Shown: one piece after another, positions 8,268 to 16,979 of the stretch
Numbering within the stretch: the stretch's first letter is position 1
Layout of the letters: each line of letters opens with the position of its first letter
Assembly (NCBI GenBank): GCA_030765235.1
Contig: JAVCCW010000028.1
Coordinates: 24,744-88,743, forward strand
Source of the DNA: Candidatus Gorgyraea atricola
Lineage (GTDB): Bacteria > Omnitrophota > Gorgyraeia > Gorgyraeales > Gorgyraeaceae
Direction of reading: 5' to 3'
Length of the DNA stretch: 64,000 nt
The notes under the pieces: generated by a model
Told to the model about the DNA's origin: nothing
What the model saw: the letters and a program-made list of their open reading frames with translations, nothing else
The model's database searches: none
Made by a program: the position numbers and the translations under genes

Positions 8268-9017
8268 ATGTGCGAGTTATCATTAGAAGGTAAAGTAGCA
8301 CTAGTAACAGGCGGCGCAAGAGGCATTGGCAAGGAGATCGCGCTCTCTTTTGCAAGGGAAGGCGCGAATATAGCCCTGTGTGATGTGAATCTTGAGGAAA
8401 CAGAGAAGACTGCTAAGGAAATCCGTGATTTAGGCAGGGATTGTCTTGCCTTGAAGACAGATGTCACCAGCCTAAAGGATGTGCAGGATATGATGGATAA
8501 AATTCTTGACAAACTTAGCAAATTAGATATACTTATAAACAACGCTGGCATAACAAAAGACGGCCTTGTCCTTAGGATGTCTGAACAGGACTGGGACAAA
8601 GTCATAGCAGTTAATCTAAAAGGCTGCTTTATCTGCACAAAAGTAGCGTCAAAGGTTATGCTGAAGCAGAGATTTGGCAAGATAGTTAATCTTGCTTCGA
8701 TCATTGGTATAATGGGTAACATTGGTCAGGCTAATTATGCAGCCTCCAAGGCAGGTATAATAGGGCTTACGAAGAGCGTGGCAAAAGAGCTGGCACCCCG
8801 CGGCGTATGTGTGAATGCAATAGCGCCCGGATTCATAAAGACAGAGATGACAGCCAAATTGCCAGAGGATATACAGAAGAAGATGCTTTCGTTTATACCG
8901 CTTGGACGTTTTGGAGAGCCAAAGGACGTAGCGAATCTCGCGCTGTTCCTTTCGAGCGAAAACTCTTCATATATAACTGGCCAGGTAATACAAATCGACG
9001 GCGGAATGTTGATGTAA
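8268..9017 (+). CDS. fabG: 3-oxoacyl-ACP reductase
   Basis: 249 aa [47 protein letters not shown]. Confidence 0.9.
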   Translation: MCELSLEGKVALVTGGARGIGKEIALSFAREGANIALCDVNLEETEKTAKEIRDLGRDCLALKTDVTSLKDVQDMMDKILDKLSKLDILINNAGITKDGLVLRMSEQDWDKVIAVNLKGCFICTKVASKVMLKQRFGKIVNLASIIGIMGNIGQANYAASKAGIIGLTKSVAKELAPRGVCVNAIAPGFIKTEMTAKLPEDIQKKMLSFIPLGRFGEPKDVANLALFLSSENSSYITGQVIQIDGGMLM

Positions 9018-9034
9018 TAAAAGGAGGGCGGACA

Positions 9035-9274
9035 ATGGCAGTAGCAGAGAAAGTAAAATCAATAATAGCAGAGCAGTTAGGCGTGAAGCCGGAAGAGGTA
9101 GTTCCTGAGGCATCTTTTATCGATGATCTTGGCGCGGATTCTCTTGATACAGTAGAGCTGGTAATGGCGCTCGAAGAGGAATTTGGCACAGAGATCCCTG
9201 ATGAGGATGCTGAAAAGATCACTACTGTGGGCGACGCTGTTAAATACATAGAAGAGAAGTCAGCAAAGAAATAA
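9035..9274 (+). CDS. acpP: acyl carrier protein
   Basis: 79 aa from the ATG at 9035 with a [30 protein letters not shown] is the phosphopantetheine-attachment motif. The ORF track's upstream extension, which overlaps fabG, is rejected. Confidence 0.85.
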   Translation: MAVAEKVKSIIAEQLGVKPEEVVPEASFIDDLGADSLDTVELVMALEEEFGTEIPDEDAEKITTVGDAVKYIEEKSAKK

Positions 9275-9300
9275 TATCTTTGCTTGGATCTGAGATGAAC

Positions 9301-9350
9301 GGGTTAGAAGAGTAAATCTGTATCTAATTCTCTTCTAACCCTTTACTTTT
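9301..9350 (+). terminator. rho-independent terminator after acpP
   Basis: gggttagaagag (12-bp perfect stem), a 17-nt loop, ctcttctaaccc, then a T-rich tttactttt. Confidence 0.6.
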
Positions 9351-9365
9351 AAGAGGATTTTAGAG

Positions 9366-10601
9366 ATGAAACGTAGAGTTGTCGTTACAGGATTAGGAAT
9401 AATCTCACCCGTAGGCAATAATAAGGAAGCATTCTGGACGTCTCTAGTGAATGGCAAGGGCGGTATTGGCCCGCTCACTTCCTATGATTGCAAGGATTAT
9501 ACTTCGCGTATAGCAGGTGAGGTCAAGAATTTCGTGCCAGCCCCATTTATCCCAAAGAAAGAATTGCGCCGCATGGAGAAGTTTGTCCAGTTTGCTGTAA
9601 CAGCAGCTAAAGAGGCGGTAGATGATTCAGGCCTTGATATACCAAATGAAGACCCGTTCAGAATAGGTGTTTTGGTGGGTTCAGGCATAGGCAGCTTAAG
9701 GATAATAGAGGAGCAGCATAAGGTGATTCTTGATAGGGGTCCTTCAAGAATAACTCCGTTTCTGATACCCATGCTTATTGTGAATATGGCGTCAGGCCAT
9801 ATATCAATAATGTTTAAGGTGAAGGGTCCGAACTCTTGCACAACGACTGCCTGCGCTGCAGGTACCCACGCGCTCGGCAGTGCATTTAAGATAATTCAGA
9901 GAGGCGATGCTGATGCGATGATCGCAGGCGGCACAGAGAGCTGTCTCACGGCTCTTGGCGTAGGAGGCTTTTGCGCATTAAAAGCGCTTTCCACTAGAAA
10001 CAATGAGCCAGAAAGGGCGAGCCGGCCTTTTGATAAAGAAAGAGACGGATTTGTAATAGCAGAAGGTTCTGGAATGGTTATCTTAGAAGAGTATGAGCAT
10101 GCAAAGAAAAGAAATGCCAAGATATACGCAGAGGTGATCGGTTTTGGAATGAGCGGAGACGGCTATCACATGACAGCGCCTGATCCTACAGCAGAGAGTC
10201 CAGCTGAATGTATGAGAAGCGCATTAAAGGATGCGGGGATAAAGCCAGAAGACGTCTCCTATATAAATGCGCATGGTACATCTACAAACCTCAATGATAA
10301 AGTAGAAACACTTGCTATAAAAAAGGTTTTTGGCGATTACGCGAAGAAAGTACCGATTTCCTCAACAAAATCCATGACAGGCCATCTACTAGGCGCGGCA
10401 GGGGGCGTTGAATTTATCGCATGCTGCCTTGCTATTAAAGATGGAATAATCCCACCCACCATTAACTACGAAAATCCAGACCCGGACTGCGACCTCGACT
10501 ATGTGCCAAACAAGGCGCGTAAGGCAAAGGTCGATATCTGCATATCCAATTCCCTAGGTTTCGGCGGTCATAACGCCACCATTTGCCTCAAAAAACTCTA
10601 A
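9366..10601 (+). CDS. fabF: 3-oxoacyl-ACP synthase II (KAS family), copy 2
   Basis: 411 aa. MKRRVVVTGLGIISP. A paralog of copy 1 over its full length, with the same active-site architecture. Confidence 0.85.
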   Translation: MKRRVVVTGLGIISPVGNNKEAFWTSLVNGKGGIGPLTSYDCKDYTSRIAGEVKNFVPAPFIPKKELRRMEKFVQFAVTAAKEAVDDSGLDIPNEDPFRIGVLVGSGIGSLRIIEEQHKVILDRGPSRITPFLIPMLIVNMASGHISIMFKVKGPNSCTTTACAAGTHALGSAFKIIQRGDADAMIAGGTESCLTALGVGGFCALKALSTRNNEPERASRPFDKERDGFVIAEGSGMVILEEYEHAKKRNAKIYAEVIGFGMSGDGYHMTAPDPTAESPAECMRSALKDAGIKPEDVSYINAHGTSTNLNDKVETLAIKKVFGDYAKKVPISSTKSMTGHLLGAAGGVEFIACCLAIKDGIIPPTINYENPDPDCDLDYVPNKARKAKVDICISNSLGFGGHNATICLKKL

Positions 10602-10634
10602 ATTGTACGGTTTTATACTGTTTTTATTGATTTG

Positions 10635-10663
10635 TTGACAATAGGTGGCAATTATAGTATAAT
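10635..10663 (+). promoter_or_regulatory. consensus sigma70-type promoter for the giant subtilase gene
   Basis: TTGACA (10635-10640), a 17-nt spacer, then TATAAT (10658-10663). An AAGGAG RBS lies 5 nt before the TTG start at 10702. Confidence 0.6.
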
Positions 10664-10701
10664 ATAATGAACCAAATATCTTTACAAAAAAAGGAGTTTT
10701 T

Positions 10702-13700
10702 TTGTTTACTTCCCGCAAAATTTTATTATCTTTTTCATTACTAGCAGTATTTGTTTTTCTCGCCTGTGCCAGCCCTTCTGTAGCATATAGCATTCCTACT
10801 GCTGAAATTTCTTCAATCGAGTTTGACAGTCCTACTAGACATCTTGTTGTTAATGGTTCTGCCTATGGTTCAGATTTCAAGAGCTATAAAATAGAATATG
10901 GCACAGGTGAGTCACCTACATATTGGACGAGTCTTAAGGTTTCAGAAGACGAGGTTCCAGACGGTGTTTTGGCAACAGGCACAGTATTCTGTATCAAAGA
11001 AGGATATTATACAGTCAAGCTCACTGTAGAAGATACTAATGGAGATATTGCAGAAGATAGAGATAGATTTTATTACTCACCTTATTTTATTTTAAAGTGG
11101 AGTAAAAACAGTTGGTCTGTTTCAATGTTTTCTTTAATGATAGGTCTATTGACTGTAACTGACGATGAGGGCGAGACAGCTACAGCTCCACTGAAAATTC
11201 TTGTCAATGCTGTAGATGAGGATGAAGATGAGGAGGAAGACGAAGATAAAGATGATGTTAAGGGTGAGAAAAAGCCAATAAAAGATCTGCAGTATGTCCC
11301 AGGTGAGTTTATAGTAAAGTTTAAGCCTGAGGCGATTCAAAAGGCTGCATCTATAGATTCAGCAAAGCCTCTCTTCAAAAAGAAAAAAGGTAAGATGCCT
11401 GATACTTATATTCTTAAGATAGATCCGTCAGAGGATGTATTGGCTGCATGTAGCAGGTATAAGGCAAGGGATGATGTTGTATATGCTGAGCCAAATTATA
11501 TTTACACCATAGATGGTGAGCCAGATCCTATGCTCTCACAGCAGTGGTCTCATAAAAAGACACAGGCAGATCTTGGCTGGGATATTGAAACAGGCAACAA
11601 GGATATTGTAATAGCTATTATAGATACAGGTGTAGAGTATACTCACCCAGACCTAGCAGAAAACATCTGGACAAATGAAGGCGAAATCCCTAATAACGGA
11701 GAAGATGATGATAGGAATGGGTATGTAGATGATTACTATGGCTATGATTTTGCTAACCTTAATAATGACCCTAAAGATGAGAATAACCATGGCACGCACT
11801 GTGCAGGTATTGCGGGTGCAGTAGGGAATAATGGCATAGGCGTGGCAGGCGTGTGTCATTCTTGCTCAATAATGTCTTTAAGGGTAAGCTTAAAGCCCCC
11901 TAATGGCAATGTAGTGCGCACTATTTCACAAAGTGATCTTTTAGCGGAAGCACTTAAATATGCTGCTGATAATGGCGCTCGTATTATCTCTATAAGTCTC
12001 AGAGGAGCCAACTCTCAGACAGTAAAAGACGCGATAACATATGCCTATCAAAAGGGATGTGTGATTGTAGCAGGCGCAGGCAACGGAAATTCCAGTAATA
12101 AATGTTATCCTGCGGCATTTGACAATGTAATCGCAGTAGCTGCTACTAATTTTAAAGATCAAAAAACAGAGATTTCAAACTATGGCAGCTGGATAGATGT
12201 TGCAGCCCCAGGCGAGAATATTTTATCAACTGTTCGTTCAGGTTATGGATCTTCTTCAGGTACCTCAATGGCTGCTCCATACGTAGCAGGTCTAGCAGGA
12301 CTTATACTTTCAAAAGATAGTTCACTTAGCAATAGTGAAGTTAAAAAGGTGATAGTAAGTAGCGTAGATGGCTGTGATTCTGATAAATATATAGGTACAG
12401 GCAGGGTCAATGTCTATGAGGCATTAAAGGATGAAGATGTCCCTTGCACAACAGAGATAACCTCGCCAGAGCATGATGATATAATAATTGAAGATGTGGA
12501 AGTTATAGGTACTGCTACAGGGGATTACACGCTTTATTATGGAAAGGGCACATATCCCTCCAGGTGGGAAGAATTTGACTTAGGCGAGAGTACCACAGAG
12601 GATGTTTTAGGTACATGGAATATATCAAATTTAACTGAAGGGACATATTCAATTAGACTAGCAGTTGAGGATGATGGCTCAGTAGTATGCGAGGATAAGG
12701 TGGTTGTAGAGGTAAGGGTAAGGGTGAATGATCGCGTGATTTACGTTGATAATTCTGCTAGCGGTGCAAATGATGGTACGTCCTGGCAGGATGCATATAC
12801 AACGATTAGCGCTGCCTTTGATGACTTATACTATGAATCAGGCGTTACTATAAAGGTAGCACAGGGTAGCAGTGCTTATGAAGAGGATTTCACCAATATC
12901 ACTAATGGGACAGATTCAGGAGTAAAGGATAATCATAATTCCTTAGTAGCAAAAGATGAGCATGCCCCAATAATAGCTTCTACTTTTACACTCAAGGATG
13001 TCAAATACTTTAAGATAAAAGGATTCAAATTTATCAACGCAGGCCTTGATATTATAGACGCTTCAAATATAAAGGTGGTAAACAATACAATAGACTCCAA
13101 TAGAGATTTTGGTATCTATTTACTGGATAGTGCTAATAATACTGTAAAGAATACCATTGTTATAAATGGTGAGGACGCAGGTATATGCGCAGAAGGGATC
13201 TCCTCAGTCTCGTCTTCGTATAATAATCTCTGGAATAATGGTGTGAATTACAAAGGCTGTTCAAAAGGTGAAGGAGATATCTCTAGCGACCCATTATTCG
13301 TAGATCTTGCATCAGGTGATTATCATCTCAGGTCTGATTCTCTATGTATAGATGCAGGGGATCCTAACGATCCGCTTGATAGTGCGGGTTCGCGAGTGGA
13401 TATAGGATGTTATACAGGGTATACACATCCAAGGGATCTCAAGAAACCTGTACTAGATGATGCGCAGCCTAAAGGCGCAACTGGCCTTGAGGTATATGAA
13501 GGTCAGGAGGTATTATTTAAGGTATATTCTTTTGATCCTAAAGGAAGGGCTATTACTTATTCGCTTCCCTATTCTTCAGATCCTGGCTTTATAGAAAATT
13601 CACAAGAAGAGCCAAAGAGTGGTATTTACACATGGCAGACAGATTATAATGATGCTGATGATGGCGGCGAGTACTATGTAACCATTAGGGCTACTGCAGA

Positions 13701-16700
13701 TGATGGCCGTTATGCAGAGGATATATTCAAGATAGTCGTAAATAATTTTGATCCAGAGAGGGAGCGCGTAATTTATGTTGATAATTCTGCTACTGGTGCA
13801 AATGATGGCACCTCATGGGAAAATGCATATACAACGATCACTGCAGCATTGAATGACTTGCACTATGAATCAGGTGTTACTATAAAAATTGCCAAAGGTA
13901 ATGGAGCTTATAAGGAGGATTTCAGCAGTGCCATAGATGATTCAGATTCTGGCACATATGAACAGCCAAATTATTTAGTAGCTAAACAAGGAGGCATGCC
14001 AACAATCGTTTCTTTAGTTGATGGCTTTAGCATTGATAATGCTAGATACATTACTATAGATGGATTGGGATTTATGGCTATTCCAGGTCATACAGGTTTG
14101 CCTGAAGTTGTAAGCATTAATGATTCTTCCAGGATTATATTTAAAAATAATGCAGTCGAGGCATTTGCAATAGATCTTAATGGTCTGGTTCTGGAGAATT
14201 GTTCAGATATAAGAGTAGAAGATAATAAGATGCTTGCGCTAGAAACCTCAATTTTGGCAAAAGATATTAAGAATAGCTTTATCAAGAGTAATCGTATAGA
14301 TTGCAGCAAGATTGGAATTTCTCTTGAGGGAGGTCTTGGTAATTCAGTCAATTATAACTTAGTTGTAAACAGTAGTAATGAAGGCATATCTATATCTTAT
14401 GGCGGCTTTTGTTCTATAGTAAATAACACCATAGACTCTTCAAGCTCTCCTTCTAGCCGTGATGGGATTATAGCCCGCGGCACGCTTAAGACCATTGTAA
14501 AAAATAACATAATAACCAATAATCAAGGAGCGGGAATAAGATTAGACGATGGCGCATCAATTAGATCTTCATATAACAATGTCTGGAATAATGGTGCGGA
14601 CTATAAGGGTTGTTCGCCAGGTACGGGAGCCATCTCTAGTGATCCATTGTTTGTTAATGTTTCGTCAAGGGATTATCATCTTCAGCCTAATTCTCCGTGT
14701 ATAGATGCAGGAGATCCTAATGACCCTCTTGATAGTGAACTTTCCAGAATAGATATAGGGTGTCACACAGGATATAGAGCTACAATAGTAAACCATGATC
14801 CTCAAGTCACAATAACTTCAATTTCTCCAAACCCAGCTTTGGTAGGCCAGCCTGTTAAGTTTAAGGCAGCAATAAGCGACCCTGATGGAGCTGGCGACTT
14901 GTTATACGACACATGGGACTATGGGAATGGTATAACTTCAATGTCGCAAGGAGGTTGTTCAGGAATCGGGGCAATGACCTATTTAAAGTCCGGGGATTAC
15001 ACAGTGACAGTCAAGGTGTATGATAAATCTGGTGGTACAGCAGAAGCCACAGATACTATAACTGTAAATACACCTCCTACGCGGCCGCCTGAGATTGAAT
15101 CCATACCTGATCAGGAGATGAGCGAGGGTGAAGAGCTTACAGTTAACATTAATACACTAGATATTCCTGACTACGAATTGTATGCTATGCATGTTGAAAA
15201 ACTGCCAGAATTTGCAGATGATATTATTTTAGATTATCATAATGGACCTAGGATAGTTACTGCTATTGTATTCAGGCCTGGCTTTGAGGACAGCGGCATA
15301 TACCCTGACATAACAGTAGTCTTGTCTATGGGAAAGTATCGCATAGAGGAGAAGTTTACATTAAAGGTACAAAACACTAACCGTAAGCCCAGAGTCACAA
15401 TAACCTCTATCTCTCCAAATCCAGCCTTGGTAGGCGAACTTGTTGAGTTTACAGCCCAGATAAGCGATCCAGACGGAGATAGTGACTTACTATGCGACGC
15501 ATGGGATTATGGAAATGACATAGCTTCAATGACGCAAGGGGGATGTAATGGGTCCGGAAGAATGACCTATTTAAAATCAGGAGACTACACAGTAACAGTG
15601 ACTGTGCGTGATAAATCTGGTGCTGCAGCAACAGATTCAGCAGTAGTTACTGTAAATAAAAGGCCTGACCGAGAACCCTCTAAGCCCATCCTCAAGAACG
15701 ATATAGCTAGTCTAACTGTAAATGAAGGAGAGAAGATGCAATTTAGACTCGCTTCAGCTGACCCGGACGGAGACAAAATAACCTACATAAAGGTAGAAGG
15801 ACCAGGCTCAATAGATGGCCTTACAGGTGTATTCACCTGGCAGACCGTCTATGCTGACAGCGGTACATACCCTCTAAGAGTGAAGGCCACATCCACCAGC
15901 CTGGAATCAGCGGAGGCAGAGTTTACTCTCACTGTCGAAAATACTAACCGTCCACCTGCTGCTGAAATCACTTTTGTTTCTGCAAGGAAGATTACTGTAG
16001 GAGAATCTGTTAACTTCGAGGCTAAGATCTATGATCCTGATGGTGACTCTGATATAAGCTATGTTATATGGAGATTCGGAGATGGTAAATCTTCAACAGG
16101 AGGCCTAAGTCAAAAAGACATTGCACATCGCTTTGATAAGCCAGGCAGTTATGAGGTAACTGTAGAAGTAGTTGATAAACAAGGTGTATCTGTAAAGGCC
16201 GGCGGTGTTACCATAACGGTAGAGGAACGGCTGCCCATAATTGGCGACGTGGATTCTGATGGTAAGGTACTGATGTATGATGCTTCTTTGGTTGCTCAGT
16301 ATGTTGAGGGTCTGATCAATTTTAACCCTACACAGATATACGCTGCTGATGTAACTCGCAATGGCCAGGTAACACACCTGGATGCTAATTTTATTGCAAT
16401 GTATGTAGTGGGAAAGATAGCTAAATTACCCGTAGAAAACCATGCCCCTATCTTTGCACAAATAGGCAATAAGACCGTCTTAAAAGGCTCTACCCTTAAC
16501 TTCACCATCGAAGCAACTGACCCTGATGGAAATAATCTCACTTACTCACTCAAGAATCCGCCAGATGGTGCAGCCTTAAAGGGTAATACCTTCTCATGGA
16601 CACCTGCTAGTACCCAGAAAGTCACCTTTGAAGTCACTGACGGTGAACTCTCTAGCTCGAAGACCATCATCATAACTGTACAAGATAAAAAACAGCCTCC

Positions 16701-16713
16701 TGCAATTGACTAA
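10702..16713 (+). CDS. giant secreted multidomain subtilisin-like (S8) serine protease with beta-helix, PKD/Ig-like and dockerin modules (2003 aa)
   Basis: TTG start with RBS. The signal peptide MFTSRKILLSFSLLAVFVFLACAS may be a lipobox. An acidic DEDEDEEEDEDKDD linker follows. An I9-like propeptide precedes the S8 catalytic triad (IAIIDTGV, NHGTHCAG, GTSMAAPYVAG). Two roughly 340-aa right-handed beta-helix modules are present (VIYVDNSA[ST]GANDGTSW...NNT repeats...DPLFV..DYHL..CIDAGDPNDPLDS). Three PKD-like domains carry DPDGD motifs. The dockerin repeats are GDVDSDGKV...DVTRNGQV. Ig-like domains lie at the C-terminus. Confidence 0.8.
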   Translation: MFTSRKILLSFSLLAVFVFLACASPSVAYSIPTAEISSIEFDSPTRHLVVNGSAYGSDFKSYKIEYGTGESPTYWTSLKVSEDEVPDGVLATGTVFCIKEGYYTVKLTVEDTNGDIAEDRDRFYYSPYFILKWSKNSWSVSMFSLMIGLLTVTDDEGETATAPLKILVNAVDEDEDEEEDEDKDDVKGEKKPIKDLQYVPGEFIVKFKPEAIQKAASIDSAKPLFKKKKGKMPDTYILKIDPSEDVLAACSRYKARDDVVYAEPNYIYTIDGEPDPMLSQQWSHKKTQADLGWDIETGNKDIVIAIIDTGVEYTHPDLAENIWTNEGEIPNNGEDDDRNGYVDDYYGYDFANLNNDPKDENNHGTHCAGIAGAVGNNGIGVAGVCHSCSIMSLRVSLKPPNGNVVRTISQSDLLAEALKYAADNGARIISISLRGANSQTVKDAITYAYQKGCVIVAGAGNGNSSNKCYPAAFDNVIAVAATNFKDQKTEISNYGSWIDVAAPGENILSTVRSGYGSSSGTSMAAPYVAGLAGLILSKDSSLSNSEVKKVIVSSVDGCDSDKYIGTGRVNVYEALKDEDVPCTTEITSPEHDDIIIEDVEVIGTATGDYTLYYGKGTYPSRWEEFDLGESTTEDVLGTWNISNLTEGTYSIRLAVEDDGSVVCEDKVVVEVRVRVNDRVIYVDNSASGANDGTSWQDAYTTISAAFDDLYYESGVTIKVAQGSSAYEEDFTNITNGTDSGVKDNHNSLVAKDEHAPIIASTFTLKDVKYFKIKGFKFINAGLDIIDASNIKVVNNTIDSNRDFGIYLLDSANNTVKNTIVINGEDAGICAEGISSVSSSYNNLWNNGVNYKGCSKGEGDISSDPLFVDLASGDYHLRSDSLCIDAGDPNDPLDSAGSRVDIGCYTGYTHPRDLKKPVLDDAQPKGATGLEVYEGQEVLFKVYSFDPKGRAITYSLPYSSDPGFIENSQEEPKSGIYTWQTDYNDADDGGEYYVTIRATADDGRYAEDIFKIVVNNFDPERERVIYVDNSATGANDGTSWENAYTTITAALNDLHYESGVTIKIAKGNGAYKEDFSSAIDDSDSGTYEQPNYLVAKQGGMPTIVSLVDGFSIDNARYITIDGLGFMAIPGHTGLPEVVSINDSSRIIFKNNAVEAFAIDLNGLVLENCSDIRVEDNKMLALETSILAKDIKNSFIKSNRIDCSKIGISLEGGLGNSVNYNLVVNSSNEGISISYGGFCSIVNNTIDSSSSPSSRDGIIARGTLKTIVKNNIITNNQGAGIRLDDGASIRSSYNNVWNNGADYKGCSPGTGAISSDPLFVNVSSRDYHLQPNSPCIDAGDPNDPLDSELSRIDIGCHTGYRATIVNHDPQVTITSISPNPALVGQPVKFKAAISDPDGAGDLLYDTWDYGNGITSMSQGGCSGIGAMTYLKSGDYTVTVKVYDKSGGTAEATDTITVNTPPTRPPEIESIPDQEMSEGEELTVNINTLDIPDYELYAMHVEKLPEFADDIILDYHNGPRIVTAIVFRPGFEDSGIYPDITVVLSMGKYRIEEKFTLKVQNTNRKPRVTITSISPNPALVGELVEFTAQISDPDGDSDLLCDAWDYGNDIASMTQGGCNGSGRMTYLKSGDYTVTVTVRDKSGAAATDSAVVTVNKRPDREPSKPILKNDIASLTVNEGEKMQFRLASADPDGDKITYIKVEGPGSIDGLTGVFTWQTVYADSGTYPLRVKATSTSLESAEAEFTLTVENTNRPPAAEITFVSARKITVGESVNFEAKIYDPDGDSDISYVIWRFGDGKSSTGGLSQKDIAHRFDKPGSYEVTVEVVDKQGVSVKAGGVTITVEERLPIIGDVDSDGKVLMYDASLVAQYVEGLINFNPTQIYAADVTRNGQVTHLDANFIAMYVVGKIAKLPVENHAPIFAQIGNKTVLKGSTLNFTIEATDPDGNNLTYSLKNPPDGAALKGNTFSWTPASTQKVTFEVTDGELSSSKTIIITVQDKKQPPAID
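12736..14775 (+). repeat. internal tandem duplication of an about 1-kb beta-helix module within the giant gene
   Basis: gtgatttacgttgataattctgctagcggtgcaaatgatggtacg at 12736 matches gtaatttatgttgataattctgctactggtgcaaatgatggcacc at 13768. Both modules end with ...CIDAGDPNDPLDS..R[IV]DIGC[YH]TGY. Confidence 0.75.
14803..15658 (+). repeat. two roughly 80%-identical PKD-domain repeats (14803-15070 and 15391-15658) within the giant gene
   Basis: [QR]VTITSISPNPALVG...ISDPDG..DLL[YC]D.WDYGN.I.SM[ST]QGGC.G.G.MTYLKSGDYTVTV.V.DKSG repeated. Confidence 0.75.
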
Positions 16714-16939
16714 TTAGCCTTTCGTGAATCAAACCTCAACTAAGATTAGCACACCTTCGTTACAATCCACCTTTTGTATTGATAGTGCAAAAATACCTTG
16801 ATTTTTTTAACATCTTTGGTGTAAACTTAGATTATAATGCGGATAGAATTAAATCTTGTTGACAACTTTTGTTTTATGCTGTGCGCTAAAGTTGTAAACT
16901 AGTCATGTTCGACTATTTTAAACATATACTTAAAATAGC

Positions 16940-16968
16940 TTGACTATTTTAAAGGCATAGTGTATATT
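16940..16968 (+). promoter_or_regulatory. candidate promoter for the AAA/DUF4143 ATPase gene
   Basis: TTGACT (16940-16945), a 17-nt spacer, then TATATT (16963-16968). This implies a very short leader before the ATG at 16980. Confidence 0.35.
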
Positions 16969-16979
16969 TATATTAGATC

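Noticed and set aside
8807-9034. Extended 155-aa acpP ORF
   Set aside because: It overlaps the fabG 3' end in another frame. ACPs are 75-80 aa, and an ATG with a GGAGGG RBS lies at 9035.
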